Source of the DNA: an uncultured Cytophagia bacterium
GTDB lineage: Bacteria > Zhuqueibacterota > Zhuqueibacteria > Residuimicrobiales > Oceaniaggregativiventaceae
Reading direction: 5' to 3'
Assembly: GCA_964608385.1 (NCBI GenBank)
Contig: CAZSOP010000002.1
Coordinates: forward strand, 1 to 32,970
Length of the DNA: 32,970 bases
A model generated the notes under the pieces. That model saw nothing but the letters and a program-made list of their open reading frames with translations. It did no database searches and was not told where the DNA came from. The position numbers and the translations under genes are program-made. This document shows, piece by piece, positions 9,743-18,539 of this stretch (positions within the stretch are counted from its first letter, which is position 1; each line of letters starts with the position of its first letter).

Positions 9743-9771
9743 TTGACAATAAGGTAAAAGTTTTCTATTAT
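9743..9771 (+). promoter_or_regulatory. Strong sigma70-type promoter for pckA (TTGACA-N17-TATTAT)
   Basis: TTGACA at 9743-9748, an exactly 17-nt spacer and TATTAT at 9766-9771. The predicted TSS is about 35 nt upstream of the pckA ATG, with an AAGGAAG SD in between. Confidence 0.6.
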
Positions 9772-9814
9772 ACACTCACATTTATACCAGCAGGGGTGTT
9801 GAAAAGGAAGAATT

Positions 9815-11458
9815 ATGGATCCGAATGCAGCCTTAACCGAGCTATTAAACAATCATGTTGACGTCCAGTTCGATCTCACGCGTAAAGAAACCATTCTTCA
9901 AACCATAGAGTTCAAGCAGGCTCTGATATCAGCCAATGGCTGTTTGGCAACATGGACGCCGTGTGAATCTACCGGCAGATCACCGAAAGACACCATGATT
10001 GTCAGACATGCCGATACCGAATCGCATATCGACTGGGACTCTCCCAATAATCTGCCCCTGGACGACGATACGTTTATCCGGTTGTGGCAAACCGCTATCG
10101 AAACGTTAAAGCGCAAGAAAAGAATTTTTGTCAGCAATCGCGTTATCGGTGCTGATGTATCCTATGCGTTGCCTGTAGAGACCATTTCAGACAGCCCTCT
10201 GACCATGCTGTTCACCATGAATATGTTTCGCCCCATGCCCGGAGAAATTCACAAGAGCGTGTTCGCCAAATCGGGCTTTAAATTGATCGTTCTCCCATAC
10301 GACAAGCTCAACCAGGGAAAATTTAAAGGGCGCCTGCGACAGCTTGAGAACGGCAAAACAACACAGATGGCAATCGTTATGGATTTTAACCGGCGGCTGG
10401 GGCTGGTATATGGGTCATCCTATTGCGGTAGCGTTAAAAAACTCATGTTTACCGTTATGAATTATTATTTGCCGCAGGTAAACATTTTACCCTTGCATTG
10501 TTCTGCAAATGAGAATACAAAAGGGGAGCTTGCTCTTTTCCTCGGTTTGTCCGGTACCGGCAAAACCACACTTTCAACGGATCCGAAACGCGCTCTTCTG
10601 GGAGATGATGAACATGGCTGGAGCAATAATGGGATCGCCAATTTTGAATTCGGCTGTTATGCAAAACTGATCGATCTGGACTCGAGGAAAGAGCCTGAAA
10701 TTTATAATGCTGTTTTTCACCGGGATGAATACACAAAACACGGCGCCATCGTCGAGAATGCAATGATGTTTCCCAATGGTGAATTTGATTTGAATGATGA
10801 TCGTTTTACGCCAAACAGCCGTGCCTCTTATCCTTTGTCCTTTTTACCCAATATAAAATTGTCATCGATGGGCCCACATCCGAAAACCATTATTTTTTTA
10901 ACTGCGGATGCAAATGGTGTTTTGCCTCCGGTTGCCAGGCTCTCGAGCGATCAGGCAATGCTATGGTTTTTAATGGGCTATACCAGCAAGTTGGCGGGAA
11001 CGGAAACCGGAATTATCGAACCCGTGTCCACCTTTAGCCGTTTTTTCGGGCAACCGTTTATGCCTTGTCTCCCTGATGTTTACGCCGTTTTGCTGGGCAA
11101 GCGTTTGAAAAAGCACGGAACGCAGGTTTATCTGATCAATACGGGCTGGTCGGGCGGACCGTATGGGGAAGGCAAGCGCATGGACATTCATTTAACCCGA
11201 GTTTTGGTCAATGCCGCTTTGGACGGGACACTTGAGAATGTTCAATACAAACACGATTCACTTTTCCATCTCGATGTTCTTCAAATATGCCCCGGCGTGC
11301 CTGAAAAGATGCTCGATCCGATCATGACCTGGAAAGACAAAAAAGCCTACGAGGAGAGAGCCCGGAAACTGGCTGATGAATTTAGCCGTCATTTTGATCA
11401 GGCCTATGGAACCAAGAATATTGATGCAGTGGTACGGGCGCAATGTCCGGCCAAGTAA
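9815..11458 (+). CDS. pckA: Phosphoenolpyruvate carboxykinase (ATP)
   Basis: 547 aa with the kinase-1a motif GLSGTGKTTLS, plus LLGDDEHGW and INTGWSGGPYG, all typical of ATP-type PEPCK. Confidence 0.95.
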   Translation: MDPNAALTELLNNHVDVQFDLTRKETILQTIEFKQALISANGCLATWTPCESTGRSPKDTMIVRHADTESHIDWDSPNNLPLDDDTFIRLWQTAIETLKRKKRIFVSNRVIGADVSYALPVETISDSPLTMLFTMNMFRPMPGEIHKSVFAKSGFKLIVLPYDKLNQGKFKGRLRQLENGKTTQMAIVMDFNRRLGLVYGSSYCGSVKKLMFTVMNYYLPQVNILPLHCSANENTKGELALFLGLSGTGKTTLSTDPKRALLGDDEHGWSNNGIANFEFGCYAKLIDLDSRKEPEIYNAVFHRDEYTKHGAIVENAMMFPNGEFDLNDDRFTPNSRASYPLSFLPNIKLSSMGPHPKTIIFLTADANGVLPPVARLSSDQAMLWFLMGYTSKLAGTETGIIEPVSTFSRFFGQPFMPCLPDVYAVLLGKRLKKHGTQVYLINTGWSGGPYGEGKRMDIHLTRVLVNAALDGTLENVQYKHDSLFHLDVLQICPGVPEKMLDPIMTWKDKKAYEERARKLADEFSRHFDQAYGTKNIDAVVRAQCPAK

Positions 11459-11512
11459 TCTTTTATTTAGAAGGGATTTATCCGAATGAATGCAACAAAC
11501 CAAGGAGGAATT

Positions 11513-12355
11513 ATGCGTGAAATACAAGCTGGTGAAATCACTGAAAAAGTAGCGCAACTCTGTTTTGATGCCAATTATCAATTGGGTGAAGACGTAGGGC
11601 AGGCGCTGATAAATGCCCTGAAAACGGAAGAGTCGCCTACGGGTAAAGCCATATTGTCACAATTGGTCGAGAATGCTGAAATCGCTGCGCAAGGGGTTTT
11701 TCCAATTTGTCAGGATACCGGTTTTTCCGTTTTCTATTTAGAACTTGGGCAAGACGTTCATATTGTTGGAGGCGAACTGAATGAAGCGATTACCGAAGGT
11801 GTACGTAAAGGGTATGGAGAGGGATACCTGCGAAAATCAATCGTGGAAGATCCGCTTCGACGGGTAAACACCAAAGATAACACCCCTCCGATTATTTGGA
11901 CTGATATTATACCGGGCGATGCTTTGAAAATTACTCTGGCACCCAAAGGCGGCGGCAGTGAAAACATGAGTGAAGTTGCCATGTTGAAACCAGCGGATGG
12001 CGAAGACGGCGTTAAAAATTTTGTTGTTGATAAAGTGAGCCGTTCCGGTGGTAATCCGTGTCCCCCCATTGTGGTTGGTGTTGGAATTGGCGGAACCTTT
12101 GAGAAAGTTGCCAATTTAGCCAAAAAAGCGCTTTTACGACCCATCGGTAGCAGGAATCCGGATTCCTATTATGCCGATATGGAAGAGGCGTTACTCGAAC
12201 GCGTCAACAAGCTGGGTATCGGGCCCCAGGGGCTTGGCGGACGAACCACCGCACTGGATGTTCATGTCGAGGTTTTTCCCTGCCATATCGCTTCGTTACC
12301 GGCCGCTGTTAATATTCAATGTCATGCAGACAGACATAAAAGTGTTGTACTATAA
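11513..12355 (+). CDS. Class I (Fe-S) fumarate hydratase / tartrate-fumarate-family hydro-lyase, alpha subunit
   Basis: The ORF-track frame is 11486-12355, but I prefer the ATG at 11513 (MREIQAGEI...). AAGGAGG at 11502-11508 precedes it, and this is the usual N-terminus of the family. The FPICQDTGF Fe-S ligand motif is present. Fumarate versus L-tartrate specificity cannot be decided by eye. Confidence 0.88.
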   Translation: MREIQAGEITEKVAQLCFDANYQLGEDVGQALINALKTEESPTGKAILSQLVENAEIAAQGVFPICQDTGFSVFYLELGQDVHIVGGELNEAITEGVRKGYGEGYLRKSIVEDPLRRVNTKDNTPPIIWTDIIPGDALKITLAPKGGGSENMSEVAMLKPADGEDGVKNFVVDKVSRSGGNPCPPIVVGVGIGGTFEKVANLAKKALLRPIGSRNPDSYYADMEEALLERVNKLGIGPQGLGGRTTALDVHVEVFPCHIASLPAAVNIQCHADRHKSVVL

Positions 12356-12370
12356 GGGAGGAATTCAATA

Positions 12371-12925
12371 ATGGCTGATGCGATTAAAATAACCACTCCG
12401 TTAAGCAAGGATCAGGTTGAAAAATTACACGCCGGCGACAGTGTCTTGATAACCGGTGTTATTTATACGGCTCGTGATGCCGCTCACAAGAAATTGGTGG
12501 AATTGCTCGACAAGAATGAAGAGCTGCCTCTGGACCTGGCCAACCAATTGATCTATTATGTCGGCCCCAGTCCTGCCCGTCCGGGACAAGTCATCGGTTC
12601 AGCAGGTCCGACCACCAGCGGCCGAATGGATCCCTATGCCCCCAGGCTTTTGCAGGCTGGATCCAGCGGCATGATCGGCAAGGGCGAAATGGGTGCCAAT
12701 GTGACTGAAGCGCTCAAAAAATACAAAGGGGTCTATTTTGCTGCTGTAGGCGGTGCCGCCGCTCTCATCGCCAAGTCGATTAAAAAATCAACTGTGGTGG
12801 CCTATGAAAAGTTGGGGGCGGAAGCGATTCGAAAGCTGGAGGTCGAGGATTTTCCTGCAATCGTAGCTCAGGATGCGCATGGTGGCAATAGTTATGTTGA
12901 AGGCCGTGAAAATTTTGCAAAATAA
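12371..12925 (+). CDS. Class I (Fe-S) fumarate hydratase / hydro-lyase, beta subunit
   Basis: 184 aa. GVIYTARDAAHK and GPTTSGRMD are typical of the beta (C-terminal) module. SD GGGAGG lies upstream, and the start is 15 nt after the alpha subunit stop. Confidence 0.88.
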   Translation: MADAIKITTPLSKDQVEKLHAGDSVLITGVIYTARDAAHKKLVELLDKNEELPLDLANQLIYYVGPSPARPGQVIGSAGPTTSGRMDPYAPRLLQAGSSGMIGKGEMGANVTEALKKYKGVYFAAVGGAAALIAKSIKKSTVVAYEKLGAEAIRKLEVEDFPAIVAQDAHGGNSYVEGRENFAK

Positions 12926-12940
12926 CATGACATTATAGGC

Positions 12941-12971
12941 AGGAAACGACTCCTGGGAAGAGTCGTTTCCT
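12941..12971 (+). terminator. 12-bp hairpin after the fumarase beta gene (no clean U-tract)
   Basis: AGGAAACGACTC (12941-12952) pairs with GAGTCGTTTCCT (12960-12971) around a 7-nt loop. The sequence that follows, TATAAAGG, is not T-rich. Confidence 0.45.
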
Positions 12972-13098
12972 ATAAAGGACGAATGGCGGTGGGAGGGATG
13001 GAGTAAGTGGATAACACTGGTGAAATATACCTATGCCTTGTAATTTCATGTTAAAGCCTGTGTAAACAGATTGTAAAGAAAAACAGAACACCGAATAT

Positions 13099-13138
13099 AA
13101 AAAAAGGCCGCGGACATTTATTGTCCGCGGCCTTTTTT
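13099..13138. terminator. Bidirectional rho-independent terminator between the convergent fumarase and M16 operons
   Basis: A7 run, an 11-bp GC-rich stem GGCCGCGGACA (13106-13116) pairing with TGTCCGCGGCC (13122-13132), a 5-nt loop and a T6 run (13133-13138). It lies 16 nt from the stop of the 13154 gene. Confidence 0.85.
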
Positions 13139-13153
13139 GTCAAATAGTATATT

Positions 13154-15247
13154 TTATTGTTGAAACAGGGCTTCATTCAGCTGAGCATTGATGGTGCAGT
13201 TTTTCACCACCACCTCGGAAGCCTTTTCCCCTTTTTCCAGGGTAATAACTTTAAAGGGAAGCAGGATGCCGTCAACTTTCCGGTAATCGCTATAGCGTTC
13301 CTCCACTTCGGTCGGACCCTGCTGGCCTATGGTTTTATATTTTAGCCCCAGGGGCAGCATCTCCTGCCGGGAGAGATAGAGATGAAAGCTCAGATCCTCA
13401 TCGCTGATCAGCAACGCTTCCGCATCTTCTCCGGCAAATGTTGTTGACCCGAGATGCTGGAACGAAAGAGAATCGATCGACCGGCAGATACCGATGATAT
13501 CGTGAAAAAGACCTTCCTGAAGATTTTTCTTGATGGCAGGCGGAGCGGCTGCAGTGCCTTGAGGGGATACCATCCAGGCTTTTTCCCCGCTCAGAACCAT
13601 TTGCATTTCACCTCCCGGTGTCTGCATGTTAAAATGCACTTTGTCCGGAAACACAACCGTTGTGGTAACCCCGAGTTCCATTTCACCCATGGGAGTTGTC
13701 TGTGTCAGGGTAACATCGCTGACAATGTTTTCAACCTGGTTGATACTGTTCAGGCCTCCGACTGTCTCTGCCATCGACAAAATCAGCGATTTCCCCTTTT
13801 CCAGATCTGCTGCACTCGCTTGCGGTTTTTCTTCTTTTGCTGTGGGGATGGTAATATCGATCTCATTTACCGTTCCGAGTTCAGAAAGCGGAGTGTCAAA
13901 ATCCGCCGGGTTTCCGACCACGAGAATCTGCACGTTTTGCGGATGCAGATATTTTTTGGCTACTCTGAGAATATCTTCGCGCGTCACCTTTTCAACACCC
14001 TCTTTGATCCTTTGATTAAAATCGAGAGGATAATCAAAGTAGGCATAGGTAAGCAGCCGGTTAACGATTTTACTTTTTCTGTCAAAGTTGAAGACATATG
14101 AATTCAGATATTGATCTTTGGCTTTTTCCAGTTCTTTTTTAGTCACCAACTCCCGGGTCATTTTTTCAATCTCTTCGAGCATAATGCGTATTGCGTATAC
14201 AGTAGAAGCCGATTTGGTTTGGGCCATGACACGAAAGATACCCTCGTGATCGTATTCTGCATCATAGTAAGCAGAAGCGCTGTAGGCAAGCCCTTCATCG
14301 GTGCGAACCCGTTTAAAAATGCGGTCAAAGCCCATAATACTGTTCATGACCACCAGCACCGGATAATCCGGATCGTCTTTGCGACCGCCGATATGACCGA
14401 GCTGCACCCACGATTGGTCTGCATCCTGTTTATTTACCAAATTTACGTTATATTTGTATTCGTAAGCGGGCTGGGGAACAGCCGGAATCTGCAACGGGGC
14501 TTTTTCCCAGTACTTGAACGTCGCATCGATTTTTTCCATGAATTCATCGATATCAAAGTCGCCCCAGGCGGCCAGCAGCATGTTATTGGGGTGGAAATAG
14601 TGCTGATGGAATTCGATGATATCCTCTCTTGTAATGGCGTCCACGGTTGCATATTCCGGATGACGGGCATAGGGGCTTTTTTTGCCATAAATCAGCTTTT
14701 GAAATTCGCGCAAAGAGATGCCACCGATTTCATCGTTCCGTCTGGAAATAGATGTTTTCATCTGTATTTTGGCCAGATCGATTTTTTCCTGATCAAATGC
14801 GGGATTCATCAGGATATCGGCGAGAACCTGGAGGCCGGTATAGATGTCTTCTTTCAACAGTGTAACCGAAGCATACCCATATGAATTGCCGATTCCGGTT
14901 TCAACCGAGGCCGCGAGGGATTCGAGCAACGCATCCAATTCATCGCCATTGCGGCTTTCGGTGCCCCCGGTTCTCATGACCTCACCGGTGATTTGTGCCA
15001 GACCGATTTTGTCGTCCGGTTCGAAACGGGAACCGACATTGAACATGGCCCGCAGTGAGATGGTGGGATAGGTGTGGTCCTCAACCAGGTATAGCGTCAT
15101 GCCATTATCGAGAACCCTTGTTTTAATATTGGGTGCCTGAATTTTATTGAGCTTGGGAAAATCAAAATTATCTTTAGGGCTTTTTTGGGCAACACAAAAG
15201 CCGGTTATTAAAATCGTATATAGAAAAAATGCATATTTCTTCATCAT
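13154..15247 (-). CDS. M16 (pitrilysin/insulinase) family protein, non-catalytic type, with a LolA-like C-terminal extension
   Basis: 697 aa with a signal peptide. It has the M16 fold signature, but the HxxEH position reads GLAQITGEVM, so there is no zinc motif. The last ~230 aa are an extra domain (GEMELGVTTTVVFPDKVHFNMQTPGGEMQMVLSGEKAWMV ... YSDYRKVDGILLPFKVI). From memory this resembles LolA/RseB-like lipoprotein-sorting folds. Confidence 0.75.
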   Translation of the reverse strand: MMKKYAFFLYTILITGFCVAQKSPKDNFDFPKLNKIQAPNIKTRVLDNGMTLYLVEDHTYPTISLRAMFNVGSRFEPDDKIGLAQITGEVMRTGGTESRNGDELDALLESLAASVETGIGNSYGYASVTLLKEDIYTGLQVLADILMNPAFDQEKIDLAKIQMKTSISRRNDEIGGISLREFQKLIYGKKSPYARHPEYATVDAITREDIIEFHQHYFHPNNMLLAAWGDFDIDEFMEKIDATFKYWEKAPLQIPAVPQPAYEYKYNVNLVNKQDADQSWVQLGHIGGRKDDPDYPVLVVMNSIMGFDRIFKRVRTDEGLAYSASAYYDAEYDHEGIFRVMAQTKSASTVYAIRIMLEEIEKMTRELVTKKELEKAKDQYLNSYVFNFDRKSKIVNRLLTYAYFDYPLDFNQRIKEGVEKVTREDILRVAKKYLHPQNVQILVVGNPADFDTPLSELGTVNEIDITIPTAKEEKPQASAADLEKGKSLILSMAETVGGLNSINQVENIVSDVTLTQTTPMGEMELGVTTTVVFPDKVHFNMQTPGGEMQMVLSGEKAWMVSPQGTAAAPPAIKKNLQEGLFHDIIGICRSIDSLSFQHLGSTTFAGEDAEALLISDEDLSFHLYLSRQEMLPLGLKYKTIGQQGPTEVEERYSDYRKVDGILLPFKVITLEKGEKASEVVVKNCTINAQLNEALFQQ

Positions 15248-15268
15248 GATATCCTTTCCTGCAATTGG

Positions 15269-16768
15269 TTATATCGACTTTTCAGGAATCAATTCTCCGA
15301 CGGTTCTGTTTTTTTTGATCAGGTATTCTCGTGCAACGCGCTGAATGTCTTCAGCGGTTACGGCATTGATCTGATCGATTTCATCAAAAAGATCACGCCA
15401 GTCTCCGTATAATACTTCACTATTGGTTAAAAGACGCGCCATATTGGCATTGGATTTCATCGCATCAAAAAGATTCTTGCGGTAACTGCGTTTGAATTTT
15501 TGTAATTCAAGGTCGGTCACTTTTTCAGTTTGCATTTTTTCTATCTCTTTATCGATTGCTTCGAGACACTCTTCATTGCTGTGATCTTTTGACGGCATGG
15601 CAAATACAGCGAAAAGATTGGCATATTTAGAGCCGGGGAAGCCATTAAAACTGCCGGTTTGGGCGGCGATTTTTTCTTCTTTCACCAGGGTTGTATAGAT
15701 TCGGCTGGAGCGGCCCTGTCCGAGTATATTGGCCAGTGCCTCCAGCGGTGCATCATCCTGATGGTCGGCTGCCGGACGGTGATAGCCGGCAATAACCAAT
15801 GGCTGTGATTGCGCCTCTACATAAAAATGTTTTTCTCCCTGTTGTGTGGGCTCTGTGGTACGAACCGGCTCGGGTTTGGGCCCGCCGGGTATCCGGCCCC
15901 AATAGACTTTTGTCAGTTTTTTCACCTCTTGGGTGTCTACATCTCCGACGATACCGATGACCATGTTGCTCGGGATATAATAGGTCTCAAAATAATCTTC
16001 GACATCCAGACGGTGGATGCGTTGGAGGTCGGACATGTGTCCGACAACAGGGTGTTTGTAAGGATGCGCTTTAAAGGCTATGGCAAAAAATTCTTCCAGC
16101 AGCTTTCCGATAGGCGTGTTATCCGTGCGCAGCCGTCGCTCTTCCATAACCACATCTTTTTCTTTGTAAAATTCCCGAAATACCGGATTGAGAAAGCGGT
16201 CCGATTCCGCTGCCATCCAAAATTCCAGCCGATTGGATGGAAAGCTGTGTATATATTGGGTTGCGTCATTGCTTGTGTATGCATTAACGCCGGCATCACC
16301 CTCTCTTCTCATCAGATCGATAAATTCGTTGTTGACGACAAGTTCCTTGGCAGCCAGGCGCTTTTCTTCGAATTTTTTTTCCAGGGCTTCGAGTTTCATT
16401 GAATCCGGCTCGGGAGCCATTTTCAGCTGCCACATTTGATTGTAAAGGCGATCCAGTTCGTTTAAAATCACCCTTTCTTTGTCATAGTCCGTGGTACCAA
16501 CGGTTTTGGTGCCTTTAAATGCCATGTGTTCCAATAGATGGGAGATGCCGGTGATTCCATAGGTTTCATTCGCTGCGCCCACATCCGCATAGGTGTGGAA
16601 TGAAACCACAGGGGCATCATGCCGTTCGAGAACGATAAAGTGCAGACCATTATCCAGTGTAAATTCCTGAACTTCAGCTTTTATGCTCTGCAGCGTTTGA
16701 CAGATTGTCGGTTGTACGCTTATAAAGATGTACAACATTAAAAGCAGGGAAATACTTTTTTTGAACAT
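15269..16768 (-). CDS. M16 family zinc metallopeptidase (catalytic subunit)
   Basis: 499 aa with a signal peptide. The inverted zinc motif HLLEH is encoded at nt 16526-16540, within GISHLLEHMAFKGT. The stop lies 21 nt upstream of its non-catalytic partner. Confidence 0.88.
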   Translation of the reverse strand: MFKKSISLLLMLYIFISVQPTICQTLQSIKAEVQEFTLDNGLHFIVLERHDAPVVSFHTYADVGAANETYGITGISHLLEHMAFKGTKTVGTTDYDKERVILNELDRLYNQMWQLKMAPEPDSMKLEALEKKFEEKRLAAKELVVNNEFIDLMRREGDAGVNAYTSNDATQYIHSFPSNRLEFWMAAESDRFLNPVFREFYKEKDVVMEERRLRTDNTPIGKLLEEFFAIAFKAHPYKHPVVGHMSDLQRIHRLDVEDYFETYYIPSNMVIGIVGDVDTQEVKKLTKVYWGRIPGGPKPEPVRTTEPTQQGEKHFYVEAQSQPLVIAGYHRPAADHQDDAPLEALANILGQGRSSRIYTTLVKEEKIAAQTGSFNGFPGSKYANLFAVFAMPSKDHSNEECLEAIDKEIEKMQTEKVTDLELQKFKRSYRKNLFDAMKSNANMARLLTNSEVLYGDWRDLFDEIDQINAVTAEDIQRVAREYLIKKNRTVGELIPEKSI

Positions 16769-16849
16769 ATTATCTCTCCTGTGATTTATGAACAGATTCT
16801 TTTATTGTCTCAAAATATCAACCAGCTCTGGTCACTTGATCAATCCCGT

Positions 16850-17692
16850 TTAGACGGTTGGGTCAGGTGGTTTGGGTATATCCGGGTTGGGTTTCCACTT
16901 TTTAATTTCCTCTGTTTCCTGCCGGGCCGGCGATATTTTTCTTTTTTCATATTGTTTGAAAAACATGTCTCTTTTCAAAAGCTGAATAGCCATCGCCGGG
17001 TCCACGCCCTTGGGACAGGCATCCGAACAGGCACCGGCAAAATGGCATCGCCAGACGCCATGACGGGAAAAAAGCTCTTGTTCGCGTTCTTCGGCGCCTT
17101 CGTCGCGGCTATCCGAAACATAGCGCCAACCCTGCGCCAGCGCCATGGGGCCGGTAAAACGGTCATCCGTGGCGCAGGTGGGGCAAGCTGCCAGACAAAT
17201 TCCGCATTTAATACAGTAGGCAAACTGAATATAATTGGCGAGTTCTTCGGGTGACTGAAAAAATTCGTTCCTGGGGTTGTCCAGCTCTTCCGCTTTTTCC
17301 CGGATAAGATAGGGCTTGATGGTGCGGTGCTTTGCGAAAAAATCTTCAAGATCGGGTACGAGATCCTTGATAATTGCGAAATTGGGTAACGGCTTAATCA
17401 CCAGCTTTTTCGTGTTGATATGCATAATCTGATTGTTACAGGCAAGCCGTGCTCTGCCGTTGATGAACATCGCACAGGAACCACAAACGCCCATTCTGCA
17501 TGAAGATCGCCAGGCCAGCGTGTTATCCAGATTTTCCTTGATCCAGTTGAGGCCATCGAGGACGGTCATTCCTTTTGTGACCTTAACAGTGTATTCTTCA
17601 AGCCGGGTTTTTTTATCTGTTTCCGGGTTGTAACGCAAAACTTCAAAGATCACTTCACTTGCCGTTTCTTTTGTGTTTTTGGAATTCTCCAT
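16850..17692 (-). CDS. sdhB: Succinate dehydrogenase / fumarate reductase iron-sulfur subunit
   Basis: The ORF track extends to 17797, but ATG 17692 (MENSKN...) follows GGGGAGG with 7-nt spacing and lies 2 nt after the sdhD stop. Cluster motifs are CRMGVCGSC..C, CIKCGICLAACP and CHFAGACSDACP. A ~30-aa Lys/Pro-rich C-terminal tail is present. Confidence 0.9.
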   Translation of the reverse strand: MENSKNTKETASEVIFEVLRYNPETDKKTRLEEYTVKVTKGMTVLDGLNWIKENLDNTLAWRSSCRMGVCGSCAMFINGRARLACNNQIMHINTKKLVIKPLPNFAIIKDLVPDLEDFFAKHRTIKPYLIREKAEELDNPRNEFFQSPEELANYIQFAYCIKCGICLAACPTCATDDRFTGPMALAQGWRYVSDSRDEGAEEREQELFSRHGVWRCHFAGACSDACPKGVDPAMAIQLLKRDMFFKQYEKRKISPARQETEEIKKWKPNPDIPKPPDPTV

Positions 17693-17694
17693 TT

Positions 17695-18066
17695 TTAAAC
17701 CTCCCCGTTCAAGAATACAAAAATAGCCACATAGGTACCGTATATAAACAATCCCAATCCAGCAACAATGAATATCCAGTTGATGATGGTCTCCCACTCC
17801 TTTTTCAAAGTCAGCTCGAACAGAATATTGCGCATGCCATAAAGTCCGTGATACAGAGCTGCACCCAGTAAAATGATATAGGTCAACATAAAAAAGGCTT
17901 GTTGGCTGCGTTCAAAAACGACGGTGGCGTCGATGGCTTTGCCATGCCCCACTCCGATTGCCAGTAAAATGTCATCAAGGTGCATGATGACCATATGTAA
18001 ACCGAGTAAAAAGAATACGACAGCACCGGCAAGCATATGCCAGCGCCATAATGTTGATTCTCGCAT
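17695..18066 (-). CDS. sdhD: Succinate dehydrogenase membrane anchor subunit (SdhD-like)
   Basis: 123 aa with three predicted TM helices carrying conserved-looking His residues (LHMVIMH, LYHGLYG). It starts 2 nt after the sdhC stop. The assignment rests on position and topology. Confidence 0.7.
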   Translation of the reverse strand: MRESTLWRWHMLAGAVVFFLLGLHMVIMHLDDILLAIGVGHGKAIDATVVFERSQQAFFMLTYIILLGAALYHGLYGMRNILFELTLKKEWETIINWIFIVAGLGLFIYGTYVAIFVFLNGEV

Positions 18067-18068
18067 AG

Positions 18069-18503
18069 CTATTCTCCCAATATATAAAAGTCCAAACCTC
18101 CAACAACGATAAACAGAGCTGCCAGTATCATTAAAACGATCAACCAGGGACGTTGATGATGAATTGACGTTTTATACGGAAATACCGGTCTTGCGGGTTT
18201 TCCGATGAGAAATCCCAGCTCGCTGAAAAATAATCGCAGGCCGTTCAGGGCGTGAAACGCAAAAGCAGCAAAAACGAGATATTCTCCAAACTTGAAGAGT
18301 GGCGTTTCAAAAAAGGACATGGTGCTGTGCCATTTTTCCGGGCCACCCACACGGGAACCGGTTACGAAAATATGCAGGATAAAATATACAAGAATACCGA
18401 TACCGCTTATTCTGTGAATGATATAGGCATATCGTTCCACCACATAGCGGCCGCCGCAAACCCAGCCTCGTATACCCAGTTTATTTTTCGGTGTAGATGC
18501 CAT
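18069..18503 (-). CDS. sdhC: Succinate dehydrogenase cytochrome b subunit (SdhC-like)
   Basis: 144 aa with three TM helices. IIHRISG and FAFHALNGLRLFFSELG align with the E. coli SdhC HRVSG and YHVVVGIRHMMMDFG motifs. SD GGAGA lies upstream. Confidence 0.8.
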   Translation of the reverse strand: MASTPKNKLGIRGWVCGGRYVVERYAYIIHRISGIGILVYFILHIFVTGSRVGGPEKWHSTMSFFETPLFKFGEYLVFAAFAFHALNGLRLFFSELGFLIGKPARPVFPYKTSIHHQRPWLIVLMILAALFIVVGGLDFYILGE

Positions 18504-18539
18504 ATCTTATCTCCAATTTAGGTCTTAAATTTTCCCGTT

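Noticed and set aside
12972-13098. 127-bp spacer between the fumarase hairpin and the bidirectional terminator, considered as an sRNA locus.
   Set aside because: I could not find a credible promoter, conserved-looking structure or ORF in it. It is probably just a 3' UTR or spacer.
13454-14884. Two long + strand ORFs (215 aa and 257 aa) inside the 697-aa M16 gene.
   Set aside because: They are antisense shadow ORFs of a well-supported minus-strand gene. Their products are low-complexity, Phe/Ile/His-rich sequences with no motifs, SD or promoter.
17693-17797. N-terminal extensions in the ORF track for sdhB (to 17797), sdhA (to 20405), pntB (to 28063), pntAA (to 29459), fumarase alpha (from 11486) and nadA (TTG 30594).
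   Set aside because: The extensions overlap upstream genes or lie upstream of candidate promoters. Internal ATGs with good SD sites give the canonical family N-termini.
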